Virus record (IMG/VR): IMGVR_UViG_3300046000_006661
Location: 1,821-65,820 of that record
Origin: a virus
Taxonomy: Duplodnaviria; Caudoviricetes
Direction: 5' to 3' (one strand)
Length of the DNA: 64,000 nucleotides
In this document: in pieces, positions 1 to 8,510 of the stretch
How the letters are laid out: each line of letters begins with the position of its first letter
How positions within the stretch are numbered: the stretch's first letter is position 1
Notes under the pieces: model-generated
Told to the model about the DNA's origin: nothing
Databases searched by the model: none
Seen by the model: the letters and a program-made list of their open reading frames with translations, nothing else
Translations under genes and position numbers: made by a program

Positions 1-552
1 CGTGATAGGAATAACGCTGGATTGCACAAGGTCAGAAATATCAACCGCTTTGTTTTTAGACTTGTCGATTTCATCAGCCCCGACAATATGAATATTGAGG
101 AAGTTGCGAACGCAACGAACGAATGCACGATTACACGCGATGGTTTCTAGGAACTTCAAGCAGAAGTTGTCAGTATTTGCTTCTGTGGCATTTGCAACAT
201 CTTCAAAAACAACTTCTTCATTGCTTGTTTCAAAATTACCAATCCATTCGATACAGCACAGTGCTGTAACATAATTTGGCGCTTCATGTCTGATGTTATA
301 ACGAACACTCTTAAAGCCTCGTAAGCGAGCCAACTCTTTGATGCCGCCAAGCATAATAAGCAATTGCTTATCGTCCAAGCCTTCAATAGATGTCGGAACG
401 GATTGTTTCCGAATCTCAAAGTAATCTTTATTTGGGTAAAGAAACTGTGGATCAATCATAGCTCGCCAATCGACGAAGCCGTCTGGGGTGAACTTGTATT
501 CTTTGTTTTCGATGAGTCCATCGGGACCTCTTGTTATTTTATTTTGTGTCAT
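1..552 (-). CDS. Putative Rad52/Sak-like single-strand annealing protein (runs off the window edge; not in ORF track)
   Basis: My translation from ATG 552 is open to position 1: MTQNKITRGPDG...GGIKELARLRGF...FEDVANA...LETIACNRAFVRCVRNFLNIHIVGADEI. The last motif resembles AETRAxxRALR..xxEE of Rad52-like phage annealases. Confidence 0.5.
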   Translation of the reverse strand, partial: MTQNKITRGPDGLIENKEYKFTPDGFVDWRAMIDPQFLYPNKDYFEIRKQSVPTSIEGLDDKQLLIMLGGIKELARLRGFKSVRYNIRHEAPNYVTALCCIEWIGNFETSNEEVVFEDVANATEANTDNFCLKFLETIACNRAFVRCVRNFLNIHIVGADEIDKSKNKAVDISDLVQSSVIPIT

Positions 553-1702
553 AGAGATAGAAATGGTTTAATTCGCTAAGAAGCAACTCATTATCTTCTA
601 TGACGAGGTTCTTGTCAAGAATATTTTTGTCTTTTTTCCAATGATAGGTGCTGGGGTATTTTTTGCCGCGAGAAATGATCGTTTTATTGGAGTGAAAAAA
701 TGACTGGTTAAAAGTGATTTTTTTATCTTTTAAAATAGACTTATCAGCAGTGGCATAAACTTGCACGTTGGAATTGAAATACTTATTACGAATCGTTGGA
801 AGAATCGACACATCTTTAACCAAAAGATTGATGGTAATTCCTAGACCGCTAATATAGTTGAGGTAATCATCAGAAATAACACTTTCCTCATTTACTAGAA
901 AAGTAATATTCTTTAATTTGCCGCGAAGTTTCTGGATGAATTGATGGGGGATCATCTTCTCTGTAAAGAATGAGAACGATTGCAGATACTCGCACCACGT
1001 TTCTACATACGAAAAAGAGTCAAGATAATCGAGTCTCATGAACCAGTGTTTCTCTGGCATTCCTGGCATTTGCGCAAAAAAGTCTGGAACCAACTCGAAA
1101 ACAGAATGATGGTAAAAATCACCAAGGAAACGAGTTTTGAGCGGAATAGATTTTTCGGGCGTAAATTTTTTAATAATCGCATTTGCTATATCTTCTGGTA
1201 AAATTTTGTTGATTGAATCTTGTTGATCTACAGCGTTGAAGCTAGGCTTGACAGCCCAAGGCGCTTCGATGTTTGTTTTGTTTGAACTCCAGTAGCCATC
1301 AGAACAGGCGGCGTAAGAATCGCCAAATAATGTGACAATAGGAATATCATTGGCGCTAGCATAATGCATAAGAGCGTCATTGCCACCGATATGCACTAAA
1401 CTATTCTTTACGATATATGCCTGTTTTTTGAAATCAAGATCAAAGATCATTTCATCTACTGACGATAGTTTCTGTGATTTTGAAGAACCGATTTGAATAA
1501 TCTTAATCGACTGCTTGCTCAAAAACGAACGCACAGTATCAAACACAATATCAAAATACTTATACTGCTTCGACTGAACTTGTGGCTCTACCGATACGGT
1601 AATATATTTTTCTGGAATGACTGGAAAGAAATGTTCCGCCAAAACAGGCTTGCCAATTTTCACGCCAAGATTTTTGGCATATTCTTCTATTAGGTGACTC
1701 AT
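539..1702 (-). CDS. GT9 (heptosyltransferase-like) C-terminal Rossmann half plus an unknown C-terminal domain
   Basis: HIGGNDALMHYASANDIPIVTLFG matches GT9 FIGNDSGPMHLAAALGxPTVALFG. It starts at the H..E.Y linker typical of the middle of GT9 proteins. Confidence 0.7.
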   Translation of the reverse strand: MSHLIEEYAKNLGVKIGKPVLAEHFFPVIPEKYITVSVEPQVQSKQYKYFDIVFDTVRSFLSKQSIKIIQIGSSKSQKLSSVDEMIFDLDFKKQAYIVKNSLVHIGGNDALMHYASANDIPIVTLFGDSYAACSDGYWSSNKTNIEAPWAVKPSFNAVDQQDSINKILPEDIANAIIKKFTPEKSIPLKTRFLGDFYHHSVFELVPDFFAQMPGMPEKHWFMRLDYLDSFSYVETWCEYLQSFSFFTEKMIPHQFIQKLRGKLKNITFLVNEESVISDDYLNYISGLGITINLLVKDVSILPTIRNKYFNSNVQVYATADKSILKDKKITFNQSFFHSNKTIISRGKKYPSTYHWKKDKNILDKNLVIEDNELLLSELNHFYLYDTK

Positions 1703-3585
1703 TGTAAATCGAATTGAATTTTATCTTTGCCGTTGTGAATGTAGCAGATGTTCTTTTGGGTAGTTGTTGTTGGCATAAATGCTAGGTCGAAATAACCTTT
1801 ATGAGCGCCAGCTCCCTCTAAAATAAATGAATTCTCCAACATTTCAGAATATAAAATACATTTGTGAACAAAACGGTTATCCTCAATCAGCGGGAAATAC
1901 TCTTGCCGTGTGGCGAAGTAGATGTTGTGCTGTGGATATTGCTTATGCAAGTTTTCCATAAGACCGTTCAGCAAAAGAATATCAGATTCTGTTCCTTGCG
2001 CTAGAACGCAAATACGTCTGCCTTCGTCATCTTTATCAAGAACGCTTTCAAATTCTACAGGCTTTTGTTGTTGCTGCAAGCAGACATTGCGAAAATGATT
2101 GTGCATTTGTTCGCGATTGATTTCTTGCTGTAGTTTGTTTTTCCATATTTTGAACGAAGTGTGATTTTCGTCAACTGATTCGCCAAGCATTTCCTTATGC
2201 AAAGAGATGATAAAGTCTTTTTCATCTGCTTCAAAATTAGGCTTGTGATCAGCATTGAATCGAGAGGGAGGATTGTCAAAGTCGTAATCAACTTCTGGCA
2301 TAGAATCAATGAGAGATTCAAGCTCTTCACCAATCGCTTCAATAGAACAATAGTCCACTACAAATTGACGAGCTTTAATACCAATCGCTGCACGTTCAAT
2401 CGAGGGCATATTATAAACAGTGAGTAACTGTTCGGCAATATGATCGGGATCGGTAGATGCTTTGATGAATTGAGTTCCAGGCTCTCTATACTCTGCCCAA
2501 TTAAGAGGCAAGCCGCCGCTTTCTTCTGTGCAATACTCTTCGCCGCAAGAATAGTTTGTGACGAGTGTGATAAGCTCTGTGAGTTTTGCTTCTTGAATTG
2601 GAATCTCTTGACCGCCACTTGTAAATGGATGGCAGTATACGTCCATAAGGTTGTAGATTTCATTCAGTTGAGCTTCACTTACTCCTTGGTTAATGTTTGT
2701 AGTGCTTACCGTTCTTTTACCACCACATGCTGGGCAGTCGCGATCTTGCCCCATAAATGGCGCAATGAAATAGCTCTTACATTGTTGGCAGAAATAAGTG
2801 GTGAGAATGTCTTTGTTGTCAATGCCCTTTTCTTGCAAGAGAGTTGGAATGTCCCATCCCTCTGACCAGTGAGTGTGCAACAAGAGTTTAGCATGAGGAA
2901 CTTGTTGTTTAAACTTTTTAAAACCTTCCAGCAAATTAGGAACGCTTTTTCTAAGCTGATTTCTAAACACAAAGCCCACAATATATTCATTAGACAAATT
3001 AAACTTCTGACGCAATGCAGCGCGTCTATGATCATCCATTCTATAGAATTGATTTACGTCTAAGCTTCCTCTGAGAGTTTTAATATGATTATAACCCATT
3101 CGTTGGAATGCTTTTTCCGCGAAAGAAGACCATACATAGTAATGTTTGATTTTGGGCGCAGCATCAATAGCTGATTGTAGAATTGGTAAGCTGTCAAGCG
3201 TAGTCCAAATCATGGAGTTCACTTTATTCCACCAAGGCTTTTCGTAGAAGCCGTCGAATGCCCAAATGTCCTCGATGCCAATATAAACATCAGGACGCAC
3301 AGTATTGATAACATCATCAATACCAAAAGCACCATACGCAGCTTGACGTTGCTTGTGTTGGTCTTGATTGATTTCTGCCATCTTTTGAACATCTGGCAAA
3401 GAGCCATAAGTAGTCCATGGAGTGCTATCAGTTTCGGGGCAGCGTCTCATCAAGCCATTAGCAAGCTCAAAGATTTCATACTTGCCTGTATTAAACAGAT
3501 AGCGCAAGATATTCTTTTTGTGCTTACCAAAGCCTGTGAAAGCTTTGCAGAAATTACTATGTATGAGAACTTTCTTTTTAGTCAT
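1699..3585 (-). CDS. GT4-family glycosyltransferase with zinc-ribbon insert and C-terminal GT9 N-domain
   Basis: Motifs: TGFG, FRNQLRKS, LNEIYNLMDVYCHPFTSGGQEIPIQEA; CQQC...CPAC insert; C-terminal RICVL..ESDILLL...LHKQYPQHNIYFAT. Confidence 0.8.
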   Translation of the reverse strand: MTKKKVLIHSNFCKAFTGFGKHKKNILRYLFNTGKYEIFELANGLMRRCPETDSTPWTTYGSLPDVQKMAEINQDQHKQRQAAYGAFGIDDVINTVRPDVYIGIEDIWAFDGFYEKPWWNKVNSMIWTTLDSLPILQSAIDAAPKIKHYYVWSSFAEKAFQRMGYNHIKTLRGSLDVNQFYRMDDHRRAALRQKFNLSNEYIVGFVFRNQLRKSVPNLLEGFKKFKQQVPHAKLLLHTHWSEGWDIPTLLQEKGIDNKDILTTYFCQQCKSYFIAPFMGQDRDCPACGGKRTVSTTNINQGVSEAQLNEIYNLMDVYCHPFTSGGQEIPIQEAKLTELITLVTNYSCGEEYCTEESGGLPLNWAEYREPGTQFIKASTDPDHIAEQLLTVYNMPSIERAAIGIKARQFVVDYCSIEAIGEELESLIDSMPEVDYDFDNPPSRFNADHKPNFEADEKDFIISLHKEMLGESVDENHTSFKIWKNKLQQEINREQMHNHFRNVCLQQQQKPVEFESVLDKDDEGRRICVLAQGTESDILLLNGLMENLHKQYPQHNIYFATRQEYFPLIEDNRFVHKCILYSEMLENSFILEGAGAHKGYFDLAFMPTTTTQKNICYIHNGKDKIQFDLQ

Positions 3586-4060
3586 CGGAGCGGTTTTGCA
3601 TTTGAGCGTTTGAGCGAGCTTCGTAAAGTTTTTGCAAAATTACTTTGCAGAACTCACGAATTGCGTAAGCTTCTCCAGGTTCAATACCAATACCAAACTT
3701 CAAAGCTGAATTCTTAGTAATGGAAAATGAAAAAGCTTTAGTGCCATCATTTTTCTGATAAGGCTTAAACGAGATGCTAGTCTTATTTGTTTCGTGGCTA
3801 TGAAATGCTTTGTATTCAGAATAGTTTTCAATAGCGTTGATGATGCCGCCAACTTCAAATTCGTTTAGTTTGATTACTACTGTTTTTTCTGGGTTTTTTG
3901 CATTCTCAGCAAAGGAACCGTTTTTTGTTTTTTCATCCCATGAATGCTGCATAATAGCGTTGACATATAGGCAAGGGTCTTTGAATTTACCAGTAGTGCC
4001 AAGACGGAAAGCGAATGCGCATCCGCTCGATTTTGAATTGGGTTTATAGAGTTGAATCAT
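3578..4060 (-). CDS. Putative Whirly/PC4-fold ssDNA-binding protein
   Basis: Duplicated beta4-alpha pattern (VIKLNEFEVGGII; AFH; SISFKP..DG..FSFSITK; IGIEPGEAYAI) resembling plant Whirly proteins. Confidence 0.5.
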   Translation of the reverse strand: MIQLYKPNSKSSGCAFAFRLGTTGKFKDPCLYVNAIMQHSWDEKTKNGSFAENAKNPEKTVVIKLNEFEVGGIINAIENYSEYKAFHSHETNKTSISFKPYQKNDGTKAFSFSITKNSALKFGIGIEPGEAYAIREFCKVILQKLYEARSNAQMQNRSDD

Positions 4061-4099
4061 ACCTGATTTTAAATAGTGCGTAGAAATTTTCTACTAAAA

Positions 4100-4105
4100 G
4101 TGTAA
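4100..4105 (+). promoter_or_regulatory. GTGTAA motif (putative phage-sigma promoter)
   Basis: 8 nt before start 4114; one of nine copies found at gene starts. Confidence 0.6.
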
Positions 4106-4113
4106 GATATAAT

Positions 4114-4761
4114 GTGTCCTATCTAAATCATAATATTCCCACGATTACTTGCCTACTACGCAATGAATATCTTTTTAATCACGAAAAAGGACATGGTGAG
4201 TATACTTCATGCGATGTCCATTCTGTAACGTCAATTGAGAAGAGAGTTCCTCTATTTGAAGCGTTCTTGACGAATGGAGTAAACTGGACTCGCAGACCTA
4301 TTACAGCATTCTGTTGGAAGCCTTGCGATCCAGTGCCATTGGAACATGCAATGTATTGGGATTGTTTTAGTCCTTATGTTGATGTTCAGGTTCGCACACG
4401 AATGAAAGGTCTGAGAGCTTTACTCATCACGCCGCAAAATACCAAAGAAGCTGGAGAGTATATGTTCACGCTTGATTGGGGATGGGAGAATAAGAGTATC
4501 TTGGACACCAATTTTTCTGAAACACCAGAACATAAATGCGCTCATGTATTCAAAATGGACAATGGTAACTTTTATGCTTACCCAAACAATCGCATTGTGT
4601 GGCACGATAATGCGTGGGTTGATAAGCCTATTGACAAAAATCCTGGATATAAGATCGACTTGACAGTATATAGCGTCGAAAATAAACGCACACTGTTTAC
4701 TGATTATAGCTACATGACAGAATTCACCACTCAACCAAAAGAAGAAAATGTCACTCACTAA
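4114..4761 (+). CDS. Conserved phage hypothetical protein
   Basis: 215-aa ORF with GTG start. MSYLN.NIP...R.EYL and HKCAH...NGNF.A.PNNR motifs recall a widespread aquatic-phage family. GTGTAA lies upstream. Confidence 0.7.
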   Translation: MSYLNHNIPTITCLLRNEYLFNHEKGHGEYTSCDVHSVTSIEKRVPLFEAFLTNGVNWTRRPITAFCWKPCDPVPLEHAMYWDCFSPYVDVQVRTRMKGLRALLITPQNTKEAGEYMFTLDWGWENKSILDTNFSETPEHKCAHVFKMDNGNFYAYPNNRIVWHDNAWVDKPIDKNPGYKIDLTVYSVENKRTLFTDYSYMTEFTTQPKEENVTH

Positions 4762-5158
4762 AAAAGCATTAACAAATCAAATATGCAATGGCATATTAGT
4801 AAAGCTAGTACCAAGCTCTATCGTTGGCGCAGGAGTTGGAGCTGTCACTCTTACTGAAATTCATAAAAATGAAGTTGTTTTCGCGCCAAAAGATTTGTGC
4901 TTTATCCGCTGGGGTGAAGTTAAAAATGTCGAGAATAACATCTTAGATCATATCAAAAAAGTCTGCAACAACAACGAATACGGTTTTTGGATTGATTGCC
5001 ACATTAACGATATTGGCGCAGCTTACTTCGTGAATCATTCTGATGAACCAAACTTAATTCACGACAGAGAGCGAGATATTTACTATGCCGCAAGAAAAAT
5101 TCAAATTGGAGAAGAGCTTACGTGTAAATATTCTTCAGACGAGATTGATTGGGTGTAA
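4748..5158 (+). CDS. SET-domain protein (putative lysine methyltransferase)
   Basis: SET motifs S.I.GAGVG, FVNHSDEPN and AARKIQIGEELTCKY. Confidence 0.85.
   Translation: MSLTKKALTNQICNGILVKLVPSSIVGAGVGAVTLTEIHKNEVVFAPKDLCFIRWGEVKNVENNILDHIKKVCNNNEYGFWIDCHINDIGAAYFVNHSDEPNLIHDRERDIYYAARKIQIGEELTCKYSSDEIDWV
5153..5158 (+). promoter_or_regulatory. GTGTAA motif
   Basis: 9 nt before ATG 5168; includes the SET gene stop codon. Confidence 0.55.
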
Positions 5159-5167
5159 TAATGTTTG

Positions 5168-5503
5168 ATGAGTGCTGCATATACAGGAATAACTATTGAA
5201 CAGAGAGGTTGCTATGATTTAACGCTTACTATTCAACGAAGCAATGGCATTTATAATTTAAGTGGAGTCACTCTCACTGGTCAAATTCGCAGAAGCTTTG
5301 ATGATGCTTTGCAAGCAGTTCTCACGACAGAAATTATTAGCATACCAAGTGGTATTGCAAAAATCAGTTTGAATTCGGCGCAAACGCTAAATCTCGATTT
5401 AGCGCCGTCTTATTGGGATTTATATGCAGACAAATCTGGCGAATGCCCAGATAAATTGATGCATGGTCCTGTTTATGTCATTAAATCTGCAACTAATCCA
5501 TGA
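5168..5503 (+). CDS. Small virion/fibre-attachment protein
   Basis: ITIEQ..YDLTLTI...NLSG.T..GQIR...G..KISL...QT..L...YWDL pattern, commonly found just before phage fibre genes. Overlaps the next gene by ATGA. Confidence 0.6.
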   Translation: MSAAYTGITIEQRGCYDLTLTIQRSNGIYNLSGVTLTGQIRRSFDDALQAVLTTEIISIPSGIAKISLNSAQTLNLDLAPSYWDLYADKSGECPDKLMHGPVYVIKSATNP

Positions 5504-8500
5504 GCGAATTTACAATAAATGTAGTTCAAGATCCATCGACAATTATTGATATAAATAATTCAAATCAAACTGTGTCTTTGAATATCCTTGAAGACCAGTA
5601 TAACTCTATTCAAGTAAATGATAACTCTAATGATGTATTATTGAATCCTTCTGTTTTTTACAATGGAATCAATATCGTCTATTTAAGTGGCGTAAGTGGT
5701 GAGCTTCTTCACAATACTTTTGGTGATTTGCAGGGGGGATCTACTGGTCAATATTATCATCTTTCATCTGGACAGTATTTCAATTTAATTACTGGCGCAG
5801 TTGTTAGACCAAATGAAACTGGTTCATTTTTAACTATAGGATCGGCAGATCTTCGCTATGTTGGTCTTGCTGGAGATCAAACAATTAGCGGAGCCAAAGC
5901 TTTTGTTTTACGACCAAGTGTTAATGGCACAGGGGTAATGCTTAGTGGAGAGGCTGTGAGTGTCAATACAGGAGAATTAACAGGCGCTTTTTACCCGCTT
6001 AATAGCAATCCAAGTAACTATATTACAGGAAGTGTTGTAAGACCTTCTGAAACTGGTGTATTTTATCCAACAAGTAACCCAAGTGGTTACATTACTGGAG
6101 TTGATCTTTCTGCTTACGTTACTGGCAATGTGGTAAGACCATCTGAAACGGGCAATTTTATCACCGCTTCGCAAACTGGAGCGTTTTACGCTGCCAGCAA
6201 CCCTTCGGGATTTATTACAGGTGTTAATTTATCTAACTATTCTACAATTGCTTTCTCGACTGGAATCAGTGGTTCTTTACAAAATCAAATAACCAACTTA
6301 AACAATCAAACGGGAAACTATTATCCAACAAGCAATCCTTCTGGATTTATTACAGGAGTCGATCTTTCATTCTCTGGCAACTATTATACCAAAAGCGAAT
6401 CTGAATCCAGATACGTTAATACAACTGGCGCGGAAACAATACTTGGAGACAAAACCTTTCATGATAAAGTATATATCAACAATTTGTATGTCACTGGTCT
6501 TGAAACAATCGTAAATACCACAAACACGAATATCGCAAGTAATTTCATCATGCTTAATTTGACTGGTGGGGCAGTTGATGGTGGTTTGTTTTTTGTAACT
6601 GGTGCTGGTTTGACTGGTATCAATGATTCTGGTGCGATTCTTGGTTTTGATCATTCAGATAAGTTTAAGTTTGGAATTGGAACTAGAGCTAGCGATCTAA
6701 GTGTTTTAGATACGATAGCTTCCGTTGAAGAAATGACGGGTATTAGTGGTAGCTTGCAAACCCAAATCAGCACCTTGTCTAATGCTACTGGTTCTTATGT
6801 TTTAAATTCTCAGACTGGTGCATTTTATTCTGTAAGTAATCCCTCTGGATTTATTACTGGAGTTGATCTATCTACTTATGCGACAATCACTAATCTCGCT
6901 GCGACAGGTTCGACGCTACAAACAAACATCAATAACCTAAGTGGCGTTTACGCGACCATAAGCAATCTTAACAGCACTGGAAGCTCTTTAGATTCTAAAA
7001 TTAGTTTACTTAGTGGTAGTTCTGTTTTGCTTTATGGTGATCAAACTATTTCTGGTGTTAAAACTTTCACTACAGGAGTAAATATTAGCGGAAATCTAAC
7101 AGTTGATACAAATACATTGTTTGTTGATAGTGTCAATAATAGAGTAGGTATCGGGACGACTACACCACAAAGTACTTTCATGCTTGATGTTAACGGTCAG
7201 GTTGTGATAAGAGGTGATAATTATCTAAATGGTAGCTTAAGAGAGTTTGGTGCGAATGCTTATAAACTCTCTAAAGCTGGAGATAGTTGGATTAATGGCG
7301 GTAATGTCGGCATTGGCACAACAACTCCAGCTGCCCCTCTTCACATTAATACATCACTGAGTGGTGTAGCCGTAAGAATAGGTCAAGACGGTACAGTAGG
7401 TAGATTAGAGTTTGGTAATGTTAATGTTGCATTAACTAGAATATCTAATCAACTAGCATTACAAGGGTTTGATGGCTTTACATTCGGTACTTCGAGTGGT
7501 GAAAGAATGAGAATTGATTCTTCTGGTAATGTCGGCATTGGCACATCATCTTTAATAGGCAAGTTAGATGTTGCTGGAAGTCTCACAACTACAACTCCTT
7601 CTAATGTTTTGGTTCTATCTCGACCTTACAATCCTGGAGTAGCATTTCATACCGCAGCATCATTTAGACTATCCAATCCTAATACAAACGTAAACAATAC
7701 TAGACTAGACATAGCGTTACAACAAGGAAACTCAGTATCACCAGTAACACCTGACACTACAGTTATGACGCTTCTAGGTGATGGTCGCGTTGGTATTGGA
7801 ACAACATCGCCGTTAACTCCATTACATACCTATACCGCAGGTAATAATTCACTAACGATTGAAGCTGGAGCTGGCGATTCTCAAGTTATGTTGAGATCCG
7901 CAGGATCGCTTAAATTTCTATTTGGCTATGAAGATTCTGATGATGGTTTTAGAATTTATAATTATGGAACATCAGCTACTTCACTTTTTGCAAAATCAAC
8001 AAATGGTTATATCGGCATTGGAACAGTTGCTCCAAATGAAAGATTAACTGTCAGTGGAAATGCAAATATAAGTGGAAATATAAGTGCCAACAATCTTGTT
8101 TATAATACAGGAAATCAAACCGTAAGTGGAATCAAAAACTTCCAATCTGTTCCATTGGTTAGTGGCGAAGAGGTTTACTATAAAAAGAACGTAGTATATT
8201 TTACTGGAAATAATTTTACTCCAGATGCGAATCTTGCAAGAACTTTTGAATATGTTTTAACTGGACTTGCAGGTGCAAGCGCCACTTTGAACGCGCCAAT
8301 CAATATGAATAATGGCGAAAATATTGTAATAAAAATAAAACAAAGTCCAAGCGGTAGCAACAATATCATATTTAATAGTAATTACAAATTCCCAGGAGGA
8401 GTTATTCCCTCTTTAACTTTGACACCAAGCAAAGCAGATATATATACAGCGCTTAAAATAGATTCTAATTTTTATTCGACTTATATTAAAGATTTTATTA

Positions 8501-8505
8501 ATTAA
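5500..8505 (+). CDS. Tail fibre protein
   Basis: 1001 aa, G/S/T/N-rich. Repeats GDQTISGxKxF, GNVGIGTxxP and FYxxSNPSGFITGVDLS; C-terminal beta-sandwich-like tip. Confidence 0.85.
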   Translation: MSEFTINVVQDPSTIIDINNSNQTVSLNILEDQYNSIQVNDNSNDVLLNPSVFYNGINIVYLSGVSGELLHNTFGDLQGGSTGQYYHLSSGQYFNLITGAVVRPNETGSFLTIGSADLRYVGLAGDQTISGAKAFVLRPSVNGTGVMLSGEAVSVNTGELTGAFYPLNSNPSNYITGSVVRPSETGVFYPTSNPSGYITGVDLSAYVTGNVVRPSETGNFITASQTGAFYAASNPSGFITGVNLSNYSTIAFSTGISGSLQNQITNLNNQTGNYYPTSNPSGFITGVDLSFSGNYYTKSESESRYVNTTGAETILGDKTFHDKVYINNLYVTGLETIVNTTNTNIASNFIMLNLTGGAVDGGLFFVTGAGLTGINDSGAILGFDHSDKFKFGIGTRASDLSVLDTIASVEEMTGISGSLQTQISTLSNATGSYVLNSQTGAFYSVSNPSGFITGVDLSTYATITNLAATGSTLQTNINNLSGVYATISNLNSTGSSLDSKISLLSGSSVLLYGDQTISGVKTFTTGVNISGNLTVDTNTLFVDSVNNRVGIGTTTPQSTFMLDVNGQVVIRGDNYLNGSLREFGANAYKLSKAGDSWINGGNVGIGTTTPAAPLHINTSLSGVAVRIGQDGTVGRLEFGNVNVALTRISNQLALQGFDGFTFGTSSGERMRIDSSGNVGIGTSSLIGKLDVAGSLTTTTPSNVLVLSRPYNPGVAFHTAASFRLSNPNTNVNNTRLDIALQQGNSVSPVTPDTTVMTLLGDGRVGIGTTSPLTPLHTYTAGNNSLTIEAGAGDSQVMLRSAGSLKFLFGYEDSDDGFRIYNYGTSATSLFAKSTNGYIGIGTVAPNERLTVSGNANISGNISANNLVYNTGNQTVSGIKNFQSVPLVSGEEVYYKKNVVYFTGNNFTPDANLARTFEYVLTGLAGASATLNAPINMNNGENIVIKIKQSPSGSNNIIFNSNYKFPGGVIPSLTLTPSKADIYTALKIDSNFYSTYIKDFIN

Positions 8506-8510
8506 AAAAT

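Noticed and set aside
8476-8502. STYIKDF at the fibre C-terminus as a third copy of the TYISSFDIVGA tag
   Set aside because: Only STYI..F matches, and it is the expected last strand of the fibre tip domain; likely coincidence.
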